This document shows, piece after piece, positions 38,806 through 47,787 of a stretch of 54,408 nucleotides of DNA (its first letter is position 1; every line of letters begins with the position of its first letter). The translations under genes were made by a program, and so were the position numbers. This stretch comes from Planctomycetota bacterium. GTDB lineage: Bacteria; Planctomycetota; UBA1135; UBA2386. The stretch is taken from the NCBI GenBank assembly GCA_029936315.1, contig JAPYTD010000022.1, positions 5,526 through 59,933 on the forward strand. The letters run 5' to 3'. A model generated the notes under the pieces. That model saw only the letters and a program-made list of their open reading frames with translations. It was not told the origin of the DNA and did not search any database.

Positions 38806-39183
38806 ATGACGTCCAGGCCCAAGAACCTGCTGGACCGTGTTCGCAAGATTGCGCTGAGTTTCCCCGATACCGAGGAGTCCTCGCGACTTGGCGGATCTCC
38901 GCACTTTTACGTGCGCGGCAAGATCTTCTCCGGCTGTGGTGACGAGGGCGGGACCTGGTCGGTCGGGGTCAAGGTTGGCCTCGAGTTACAGTCTCTGATG
39001 GTCGAGCGACCGGGCATCCACATCGCAAAATACGTCGGTCGCTATGGCTGGATCAGTGTCGATGAGGAGGCTCTGCAGGATGAGGACGAGCTGCATCACT
39101 TGATCGAGTTGAGTTACGACCAGATCCGTTCGAAGGCGCCGGGTGGCAAGAAGGCCGCAAGTAAGAAAGCCGCGAAGAAGTAG
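38806..39183 (+). CDS. MmcQ/YjbR-family DNA-binding protein
   Basis: VRKIALSFP, FYVRGKIF, AKYVGRYGWISV, LIELSY. Confidence 0.85.
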   Translation: MTSRPKNLLDRVRKIALSFPDTEESSRLGGSPHFYVRGKIFSGCGDEGGTWSVGVKVGLELQSLMVERPGIHIAKYVGRYGWISVDEEALQDEDELHHLIELSYDQIRSKAPGGKKAASKKAAKK

Positions 39184-39225
39184 GGGCCTCGGATCATTCC
39201 TTGTGCGTTCTTGGCGAGAGCGCAA

Positions 39226-41115
39226 CTACAGCCGCACCACAACCGGCGCCACTTCGAACATCTTGATCTGCACGTAGCGTTTGTGCTGCGCGAAGCCGTC
39301 GATGTCGATCAGCAACTCGTATGGGCCGGGTGCCAGGATATCGGTGCATCGTGCGGTCTTGGCGCCGAAGACGCCGGGCTTGCCACCGACCTCCATGCGC
39401 ACCATGCGTTTTTTGCCATCCACACCGCGCACGGTGCAGCTTCCGGCGACGTAGCGGCCGCGATCGTCGAGCACCTGCAACGCGAACGTGCCGCCGAATC
39501 GGGCGGGCAGGACCAGCTTGTTGGTAGTGCGCGTGTTGAACGTGCGATCGATCGGAAGCAGGAAGGTGCCGTTGCGTTCGCCGCGGCCTGCCGACACGTG
39601 GAGTTCGTAGTCTCCTGGATCGAGCCACATTCGAAACGGTCCGCTGCTGTCGCCGCGCGAGAGTGTCTCCGTGGCCTTGCGGCCATCGGCGCACTGCCAC
39701 GTGAACTGTGCGTTGCGAACCCGGATCTTGCCGTCGAACTCGATCTGAAGTTCGACGAGCTGGTTGCGCATGACCATGTCGATGGTCTGTTCGAGGTGGC
39801 TCGAAGCGAGCGACTGCCAGGGCGACCGCAAGGGGCCTTGTTCGGCGCGTGCCATGGCGTCCGTTGCGAACAGCACACTGCTCGTGCCGTCCGCTTCGGC
39901 GCGGTGAGGTGAATGGCCGTGGATCAGCACGCGTGCATGCGGCACAAGCTGTCCATCGTGCACGGCGCGCACCGTGACCGGGAACGGCAGCATGATCTCA
40001 GTCGTCGCGGGGGCGCCGACGTGTTGCGTTGGCAGCTTGCCGATGATGCGGGTCTTGCCGACGGCGATTACCGTTAGCGTGGCTGCGGCGGATGGTGCGG
40101 TTGGCACGGAGAATCGACCTTTGTCGTCGATTTCGGCAATGCCGTTCGCAACGACGCTGCCGCTCTGCTGCCACATCACTTCGGCATGTTTGCTTAGCGC
40201 CAGTTTGATGCCGTCGCCGAGCACGAAGCGTAACTGTGCTCCGACGGCAGGCGTGCGGTCCGGCCAGAGCACGGTGCCGTCGATGCTATCGGCGTCGGCG
40301 AGTGTGAAGTCGCACGCGGTGCCGGGGTGGTTGATCGCCAATTGTACAGGGCGTGTTGTCGGCAGCAGGTCCCCGCGGAAATTGCCACTGTCGTTCACGC
40401 CGTCCATGGTGCGCCACATCATCACGTTCGGCGTCATCGCGCTCACTACGATGAGCAGGCGCATGTCGGGTGGTGCCCGCAAGTGATAGTTGCCATGGTG
40501 GTCGGTGCCGGTTGCCCCGAGTAACTCGCCAGTCGGTTGGCCGGCCCGCATGGCAAATGCCGAGATGCGGGCGCTGGCGATGGCTTTGCCACGGCTGTCG
40601 GTGACCTTGCCGTTGAGCGCGGCGACCGGTTGCACCTCGATCTTGAGCACGTTTTCGAGCGCCAGCGTGCCGCGCTCGCGGTGAACGAGTTCTCGGTAGT
40701 GCTCGTTGCGTCCTGAGATGCTCAGTTTCACCGGCATGCCTGACTGCCACCATTCGGGCAGCTTGAGGATGCACTTGCCGGTAGCAGTCACCGGCGCATC
40801 GCAATGGTGCTCGTCAAACCTGCGGCTGCGGTCCTTCATTTCGAGGCGCAGATCGTTGGTCCACGGCACGTCTTGGTGGATGCCGCGGAGTTGAACGCTA
40901 AGGATGCGATTCTGACCGGATCGAGTCTTCAGGCCGTTGGACCGCAGCGGGATGCGGGTGATGTCGCCCGAGTTGGCCTGTGGATACCCGGATTCGATCT
41001 GGCTGCCCGGGTCGTCGTAGCGCGGTGGTGCCACACTGCGCGGCCACCAGAACCATGTCGACACCGCTGCCGCGATGGCGAGCAGGCAGGCCATGAGCAC
41101 CAGGCTTCGCTGCAT
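39226..41115 (-). CDS. Membrane-anchored protein with carboxypeptidase-regulatory-like (Cna-B type) repeats
   Basis: N-terminal anchor; GKVTDSRGKAIASARI, GTVLWPDRTPAVGA, TDHHGNY, LAPGPYEL. Confidence 0.7.
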   Translation of the reverse strand: MQRSLVLMACLLAIAAAVSTWFWWPRSVAPPRYDDPGSQIESGYPQANSGDITRIPLRSNGLKTRSGQNRILSVQLRGIHQDVPWTNDLRLEMKDRSRRFDEHHCDAPVTATGKCILKLPEWWQSGMPVKLSISGRNEHYRELVHRERGTLALENVLKIEVQPVAALNGKVTDSRGKAIASARISAFAMRAGQPTGELLGATGTDHHGNYHLRAPPDMRLLIVVSAMTPNVMMWRTMDGVNDSGNFRGDLLPTTRPVQLAINHPGTACDFTLADADSIDGTVLWPDRTPAVGAQLRFVLGDGIKLALSKHAEVMWQQSGSVVANGIAEIDDKGRFSVPTAPSAAATLTVIAVGKTRIIGKLPTQHVGAPATTEIMLPFPVTVRAVHDGQLVPHARVLIHGHSPHRAEADGTSSVLFATDAMARAEQGPLRSPWQSLASSHLEQTIDMVMRNQLVELQIEFDGKIRVRNAQFTWQCADGRKATETLSRGDSSGPFRMWLDPGDYELHVSAGRGERNGTFLLPIDRTFNTRTTNKLVLPARFGGTFALQVLDDRGRYVAGSCTVRGVDGKKRMVRMEVGGKPGVFGAKTARCTDILAPGPYELLIDIDGFAQHKRYVQIKMFEVAPVVVRL

Positions 41116-41321
41116 GGCGCGCACGATACCTGTTTGGGACGGTGCGTGGTCGCACGCCGTTGCGAATCCACACCAGCCTCGGGGAACATAGTGACAAAAG
41201 CTGGCGGGCTGATTCCCGTAACGTCGCCTTAGCATTAGCCAGTCCTCTGTCTGGTGCGGATACTCGTCCCAACTCGGAGTGCACTCTTGCGTGTGCTCGC
41301 AACCTCATCCCAGGAGATCTC

Positions 41322-42152
41322 ATGCGTTCGTCTAGTTGGTTACCGCTCATTGCCGTTGCGACTCTTGGTCTTGGCTCTTGCGACAGCAAAGTCAGTTCAC
41401 TCACCGATCCGAATCTGTTGGCGCGGATCGAAGTGATTCGGGACTGCTTCCCGAGTCTGTGGACATTCGTTGATGGCGTCACCGACATCGCCGGCACCTG
41501 GAAGATGACCAACGGCGGAACCACGCCGGACCCCGCGGGTCTGACCCATACCGTGAATGGCGATGGCAGCATCACCGCGACGTTGCTGGTCGGAAGCACG
41601 ACGATCGAGATGGTCATCAAGTTCTACGGTCCGGGTGGTGCGGAACAGGACCTGACGTCGGTCATCGATCCGCCAACCACGTTGGGCGACAAGATCGACG
41701 CAGCTGCGACGGAGCTCCGCGACCTATTCGCTTCCGACGAGAAGTTCATCCACGGCGTCTACTCGATCACTGGCGGGGGCGTTTCGGCCACGGGCGAAGC
41801 GTTGACCGGCATCATCGGGGGTTCGCTCAACCAAAACGAACTCGAGGAGCTGCGCTCCACGCTTGAGCTGGTAACGACCGGCATTCCAGCAGTTGATCCG
41901 AGCACGATCATGGACAGTGCTTCGACCCCGCCATGCACGTTGACGTTCACGATCCCCGGGTTGATCACCGACGAGGAGCCGGGTCAGGAGTATCCACGCG
42001 GCACGATTAGCATAGTTATTGATGACGGCACCACGACTACGAATGCGACCATGGTGTTCGACAAGACCGCGATTGCCAAGATCACGCTCGAAGGGCTTAT
42101 TGGCGGGTTCGACCTCAACCTCGACACTCTGATGCTTACGGAGTCATTCTAA
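41322..42152 (+). CDS. Lipoprotein of unknown function
   Basis: AGGAG SD before ATG 41322; lipobox LGSC; acidic beta-rich body ending in a YPRG-T-I motif. Confidence 0.75.
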   Translation: MRSSSWLPLIAVATLGLGSCDSKVSSLTDPNLLARIEVIRDCFPSLWTFVDGVTDIAGTWKMTNGGTTPDPAGLTHTVNGDGSITATLLVGSTTIEMVIKFYGPGGAEQDLTSVIDPPTTLGDKIDAAATELRDLFASDEKFIHGVYSITGGGVSATGEALTGIIGGSLNQNELEELRSTLELVTTGIPAVDPSTIMDSASTPPCTLTFTIPGLITDEEPGQEYPRGTISIVIDDGTTTTNATMVFDKTAIAKITLEGLIGGFDLNLDTLMLTESF

Positions 42153-42155
42153 GCT

Positions 42156-42905
42156 ATGCGCACTCGCACACTACTTCTCGCAAGCTTGGCGCTGATGACC
42201 GTGCCTGCCTGCTCGGTTCCGACTGTGGCAGTACAGGCGGGCTTTGCCCAGCTGTCACTCGATGGTGACATCGGCTACGTGCAAAACACGGAGCCGGTCA
42301 GCATTGGTCAGGACGCGAAGGCGTTCGGTCTCGGTGACAAGCAAGGGTCGCCATATGTGCGCGGTCAGGTCGACTTCGGGATGCCGGTCTTGACGGTGTC
42401 TGGCTTCAGTTTCGAAGATGAAGGCCAAGGCACCTTGGGGGCCGACTTCGGTAACTTGACGCAAGGCGTGGCGGTCAACAGCACGCTGGAGATGCAGGCA
42501 TTGAAGCTCTCGTATGCCTTCGACATCGGCTTTGGTCCGGTAGCTATCTCTCCCGGTTTTGCGGTCGACTACTTCGACTTGTCGATTGAGGCGACCAACG
42601 GGCTCATTACCGAGCAGGTAGACCTCAACGGTCCGTTCCCGCTCCTTTTCCTCCGTGCGACGGTCGACTTCGGCACCGTTGGCGCGTTTGTCGAAGCGGG
42701 CTACCTCGGCGCCGATGTCGATGACGTCGATGGCGCACTGCTCGACATCGAGGCCCAGCTGCTGGTCCGGCCGTGGAGCGCGCTTGAGCTGTTCGTTGGT
42801 TACCGCTACCTGCAGTTGCAGCTGGATGGCTTGATTGACGACGACTCGTTCGACACCGATCTGATCATCTCCGGCCTGATCTTCGGCGGCGGCCTGAAGT
42901 TCTAG
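42156..42905 (+). CDS. Outer-membrane beta-barrel protein
   Basis: Alternating amphipathic strands, FVGYRYLQL, C-terminal GGGLKF; lipobox-like VPAC. Confidence 0.75.
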   Translation: MRTRTLLLASLALMTVPACSVPTVAVQAGFAQLSLDGDIGYVQNTEPVSIGQDAKAFGLGDKQGSPYVRGQVDFGMPVLTVSGFSFEDEGQGTLGADFGNLTQGVAVNSTLEMQALKLSYAFDIGFGPVAISPGFAVDYFDLSIEATNGLITEQVDLNGPFPLLFLRATVDFGTVGAFVEAGYLGADVDDVDGALLDIEAQLLVRPWSALELFVGYRYLQLQLDGLIDDDSFDTDLIISGLIFGGGLKF

Positions 42906-43117
42906 GTCTTGCCCAGGGGCCGCCGATGGTGGCCCCACGAGCGGGTGCGCACTCAGGCAAATTGAGCAAGACGGCCTGCCGTAAGGGCCACATTTGGGAC
43001 ACTTACGAGAGTCGGGAAGGTCCCACAATCTCCAGATGTGGGTATCCTTGTTCGCATCTTGTGGCCTCGCGATCTCTGTCTGGGCTACTCGTCCCTGCTT
43101 GTCCTGGAAGGAACCCC

Positions 43118-44842
43118 ATGAAGATTCTCTCTGCTATTGCTGTCCTATCCTTGGCGGCATCGGTTTGCGCTCAAGTGCAGACCCTCAATGTCGCGCCCAA
43201 CGGCATTGCTCTTACCTACACCAACCCAGGCGCGAACTTCTTCGACCTGACTGTTACGAGTTTGACCGGCATCACGCTGCAAGAACTGAACGTTCAGCTC
43301 AACTCGCCGGCCGGAATTGTTGGCACGATTGAAGTTTGGTCGACGGCGACCACACACATCGGCCAGGAGAACACGCCAGGCAACTGGCAGCAGCGCTCCA
43401 GTGGCACGATCATCTCCGCTGGCACTGCTTCGACCTGTCAGAACGCCCTCGGTCCGAACACCTTGTTCTTCGGCCCCGGCACCTACGGCATCGCGGTCGT
43501 CTACGTCGGCGTCAACCACGTCTTCGACGGCACGGTAACCTACCCGTCGGGTCCGTACTTTGACGCCAACATCAGTGTCAACAACGGCACCACCCAAGCT
43601 AATGCATGGACTTCCGCGCCGTTGACCGCGTTCACCTTTGGTGGCACTGCCTACAGTGGCACGCTGATGCAGTTCGACCTGAGCTACTCGGTTGGTCCGA
43701 TCACCCACGCTTGCGCGACCTGTGGCACGACGGGCGAAGGCTCGAACCTGCACTCCGCCTCGGCGTTCCAGCTCTTTGGTGAGCCGAACCCCAACGCGAC
43801 CGCCAGCGCCGCCCTGCAGGGCAATGTCTTGACGTTCATCCCGAACGGCTCGGGCAACGGCTACATCCTCACCGATGGCACCGGCACTGGCCCGGTCTAC
43901 GTTCCGCCGAGCGGCAACGAGACCAACCTGCCGCTCGTGGACAACCAAGAAGTTCAGGTCACGACGGCGCTGCCTTACCAGTTCCCTGGTGATACGGGCG
44001 TGCAGCTGACGCAAGACTTCTTCATCAACTCCAACGGCTACGTGTCGCTAGTCCAAGCCCAAACGGCGTTCGTTGGCGCCCCGCGTGACGCGCAGGCGAT
44101 CATGCAAGGCGTCTCCGCGGCGTACTACGCCTACCACGACTACGACAACAGCGAAGCTGGCAGTGGCAACATCTCCTACGAGGAAGATCTGGTCAATGGC
44201 ATCTTCTACGTCACGTGGGACATGGTCGAAGGCGTCCCGAACACGCTTGCCAACCCGAGCACAATCCAGTTCCAGTTCGAAGTCTTCACCGGCTTTGTGC
44301 ACATCATCTTCGACCTCATCGATCCGGTTGGTGGCAGCAACGTCTCCGGTGGTGACAACATGATGATCGGCTGGTCGCCGGCCGGCCCGTCGCCGCGCAC
44401 GGACGAGTTCGACTTCGCGACGTTGTCTGGTGCTCCGCTGACGCTGACGCAACCGGAAGTGCTTCCGTTCACCCTGGAGAACGTTGGCCCGCCGATCATC
44501 AACAGCATGTTTGACTTGGTCACGAGCGTCGAGCCGACCGCGAGCATCGGTATCAACCTGCTCGGCACGACCACGATGGCGACACCGCTCGATCTGGGCG
44601 CCCTCGGTGGCCCGGCTGGCACGCTGCTCTACCTCGATCCGGCGACGTCGATCCTCAACACCATCTCCAACATCCCTGGTGTTGGCACGATGTCGTTGAC
44701 GATCCCGGTCCCGAACAACCCGGCGCTGTCGGGCATCGAGATCAACAGCCAGTCGTTCTGGCTCGACCTGGCCGGCGCGAACTTCCCGTTCACGAACGTG
44801 GTCGGCTCGAACCTCGTCACCTGCACGGTCGGCAACTTCTAG
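43118..44842 (+). CDS. Secreted beta-rich protein of unknown function
   Basis: Signal peptide MKILSAIAVLSLAASVCAQ; Thr/Gly/Asn-rich; strongly biased codons; C-terminal IPVPNNPALSGIEINSQ. Confidence 0.85.
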   Translation: MKILSAIAVLSLAASVCAQVQTLNVAPNGIALTYTNPGANFFDLTVTSLTGITLQELNVQLNSPAGIVGTIEVWSTATTHIGQENTPGNWQQRSSGTIISAGTASTCQNALGPNTLFFGPGTYGIAVVYVGVNHVFDGTVTYPSGPYFDANISVNNGTTQANAWTSAPLTAFTFGGTAYSGTLMQFDLSYSVGPITHACATCGTTGEGSNLHSASAFQLFGEPNPNATASAALQGNVLTFIPNGSGNGYILTDGTGTGPVYVPPSGNETNLPLVDNQEVQVTTALPYQFPGDTGVQLTQDFFINSNGYVSLVQAQTAFVGAPRDAQAIMQGVSAAYYAYHDYDNSEAGSGNISYEEDLVNGIFYVTWDMVEGVPNTLANPSTIQFQFEVFTGFVHIIFDLIDPVGGSNVSGGDNMMIGWSPAGPSPRTDEFDFATLSGAPLTLTQPEVLPFTLENVGPPIINSMFDLVTSVEPTASIGINLLGTTTMATPLDLGALGGPAGTLLYLDPATSILNTISNIPGVGTMSLTIPVPNNPALSGIEINSQSFWLDLAGANFPFTNVVGSNLVTCTVGNF

Positions 44843-44885
44843 TCGCCTCTGTGTTTAGGTAGCGGTCGGTTCGCCGGCCGCTTGC

Positions 44886-44929
44886 AACATGGCCTCCGCT
44901 CCTTGGGTGCGGAGGCCATGTTCGTTTGT
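44886..44929 (+). terminator. Rho-independent terminator
   Basis: AACATGGCCTCCGC-N9-GCGGAGGCCATGTT 14-bp stem followed by CGTTTGT, 44 bp after the stop. Confidence 0.75.
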
Positions 44930-44957
44930 AGGGCAGAGTGCTGTCAGCGTGCTGCTC

Positions 44958-45125
44958 TCAAACCGCGCAAGTAGGTGCGGGCTGTGGTGCGGCCTGCGCC
45001 ATCATCGCTTGCCACACGGCCAGCGTGCGTTGTGCCGTGGCTTGCCACGTGAACATTTGCGCTTGCCGGTAGCCGCAGTTCGTTGGCCGGGGCGTTCGGC
45101 TGAGGGCGAGAAGCTGTGCAAGGTC
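44958..45125 (-). pseudogene. C-terminal stub resembling a GT4 glycosyltransferase
   Basis: GYRQAQMFTWQATAQRTLAVW matches the GT4 terminal helix pattern G-x-x-x-A-x-x-F-[ST]-W-x-x-x-A-x-x-T-L-x-V-Y; no upstream body. Confidence 0.45.
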
Positions 45126-45289
45126 TTCCTGCTGGAGCGGCCCGACAGCGCAGCGGTGAAACAGGCCCTTACTGGGTTGCACCCGGTCGGTTCCTGATTG
45201 CCCAGAAAAGGCGGCACAGAAGAACTCCCGAGAACTTCTTCTGTGCAATCGGTGTCGTGTCGCGATGGGTTCGTATCATCGCCGCCCCG

Positions 45290-47767
45290 ATGCAATCCCG
45301 CTTTACCTGGTCCTTGTTCCTGCTCGCGTCGCTACTCACGCCGCTGACTTCGCAGGACGATCCCAAGTTCACGCTCGTCGCGACCCTTGAGCCGGCTGCC
45401 GCCAAACCTGGCGAGCAGGTCAAGCTGGTGCTGCACGGCACGACCGCGCACGGTTGGCACGCCTACGGCACAATGGAGACCGACAACACTCCGGTGTCGA
45501 TTGATACCGCGGCGTTGCAACTGACCGGCTTCGAACTCGCAGGGCCGGCGGTGATCCCCGGTGGCTCGCCGAAGTTCACGCCGATTGGCACGTCGTACCC
45601 ATTGCCGGAGACCTTCAAGGTCGTTGTGCCGCTGAAGGTCTTGGCTGGCGCGACGGCGAGGAAGGTAGAAGGGGTGCTCGGCTACCAGATCTGCGATGCC
45701 TCGATGTGCGAGCGGCCCAACGAGGCTGCGTTCGTCGCGAAGATGGGGAGCGGCGGTGCTGGTGGTGCGGTTGCGAAGCCGGCAGCGCAGCAGCCGGCAA
45801 CCCAGGGGCCGGGCAGTGGCAGCAAGCCCGAACCAGTTTTGGGACTCGGCACTGCGCCGGGACTTGTGCTCGATGAAGAGAAGATCACGATTCGCGCGAG
45901 CTTCGATCCTCCGACGGTACGTGCTGGCGAAGTGACCACGCTTGTTCTCGATGTGGATGTGATCGACGGATGGCATGCCTACGGCACGCTCGAGCCGATC
46001 AACGTTCCCGTCGGCTTTGACGCGTTCAAGCAAGACGCTGGCGACTTGGAGTTCGAAGGCGAGGCGATCATTCCGCCCGGCATCGAGCAATCGACTCCGG
46101 TTGGGCCGACCTTTCCGTTACCGCACCACTTCCGGGTGAAGCAACACGTGCGCGTGCCAGCTGGCACGGCAGCGGGCACGATCGATGTGGTCGCCGTGCT
46201 CGACTACCAGATTTGTGATGAGAGTGGTTGTGAGAATCCGACCGAAGGCGACGCCGAAGTGACGTTGACGGTGGTCGCTGGTGAGGCGCGCTCCGAGCGC
46301 ATGGACGTGCCACAAGACCCGGTCGTCGTGGGCGCTGAGCCTGACAAGGGCGATGCCGGCCAAATCACCGAGCCTGAAGGGGGTGGCGCCGGAGTAGCTG
46401 GTTCGTGGTGGGAGCTGATCTTGTTGTGTATCGGGGGTGGCTTGTTCGCACTCGCGATGCCGTGCACATATCCGATGATTCCGATCACGTTTAGCTTCTT
46501 CACGAAGCAGGCAGAGAAGCGCGGCGGAAACGTGTTAGGGCTGACGCTGGTTTACGGTCTTGGCATCGTGGCCATGTTCGTGTTTGTCGGCGTTGGGCTC
46601 TCCTCGGTTATCCGAGACGTGACGAATCACTGGATCACCAACACGATCATTGGCGCCTTCTTCTTCTTCTTCGCCTTCGTGTTGTTTGGTTGGGTCAATC
46701 TGAATCCACCACAGTGGATGAATCGTCTGGCCTACAAGGCGCAGAGCACTGCTGGCTCAGGCCGTGGGATGATTAGCGCGTTTCTCGGAGTCTTCTTCAT
46801 GGGTGCGACGCTCGTGCTCACTTCCTTTACGTGTACCGCACCGATTGTTGGCACCCTTATTGGGAGTGTTGCGAAGCATGGCCCGGTGCGGGTTGGCGTC
46901 GGAATGGGCGTCTTCGGATTGACCATGGCGATTCCGTTCATGGCACTTTCCCTGATGCCCGGCAAGGTCAAGTCCATGCCTAAGTCAGGCGAGTGGATGG
47001 AGACGCTGAAGATTTCGCTCGGCTTCGTTGAACTGGCGGCGGCCTTCAAATTCGTGTCGATGGTCGATATGGCCTTTGACTGGCAACTGTTGCCGCGTGA
47101 ACTCTTCCTGATGCTGTGGGCTGCGATCTTTGGCCTGTGGGCGATGTACCTGTTCGGCATCTTGCGCAAAGCAGGCACCGTCAACGAGGGTGTGAGTAGC
47201 GGTCGAATGGCAACCGGCATGGTGGTTACGTTGTTGTCGGCCTACTTCCTCTTCGGGGCTCTTGGCAACAAACTCGACGCGGGCATGACATCGTTCGTGC
47301 CCCCGTACTCAAACTCGTTGATTGCCAATGCGGGCGGTGAGTCCAAGCTCAAGTCGCAGCACGTCATCGTAAAGGACCACCCCGACGAGGCGATTGCGAA
47401 GGCGACTAAGGAGGGGAAGATGCTGCTGTACAACTTCACTGGATTCAATTGAGGTTCGTGCCGCATCATGGAAGACAGTGTCTTCCCGAGTGAGGCGGTC
47501 GCCTCCTTCATGAAGGACCATGTAGTCGAGAGTCGGTTGCACACGGACTTGCAGGGTTCCCTGACCGATGAACAGTTCTCCAGGAACCGCAAGCTGCAGG
47601 ATGAGATCGCGGATGGCAGCACTGCGAACCCTTATTTTGTCATGGTCGACGCGGCGTCCGGCAAGCCGATCATGCACTTTGCGTTGTCGGGTTACTTCCC
47701 GGCCTGGCCCGATCTTTGGATGAAGTTCCTCGAGGCCTCAGCCAAGAAGATCGGCCGAACCATCTGA
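45290..47767 (+). CDS. dsbD: Thiol:disulfide interchange protein DsbD, predicted selenoprotein (Sec at TGA 47450-47452), 825 aa
   Basis: Two Ig-like N domains (YQICDASMC, YQICDESGC), TM domain PCTYPMIP / FTCTAP / PKSGEWM, and thioredoxin NFTGFN-TGA-GSCRIME continuing in frame into ORF 47468..47767. Confidence 0.85.
47453..47500 (+). promoter_or_regulatory. Candidate bacterial SECIS element
   Basis: Upper stem GGAAGAC 47470-76 / GTCTTCC 47480-86 with loop AGT 24 nt after the UGA; lower stem GCCGC-A-TCA / TGA-G-GCGGT. Confidence 0.7.
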
Positions 47768-47787
47768 GGCTCTTCTGAACCGGCCTG

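Noticed and set aside
47468-47767. Separate 99-aa thioredoxin-like gene
   Set aside because: It begins after the active-site motif, has no clear SD and is in frame with dsbD; better explained as UGA readthrough.
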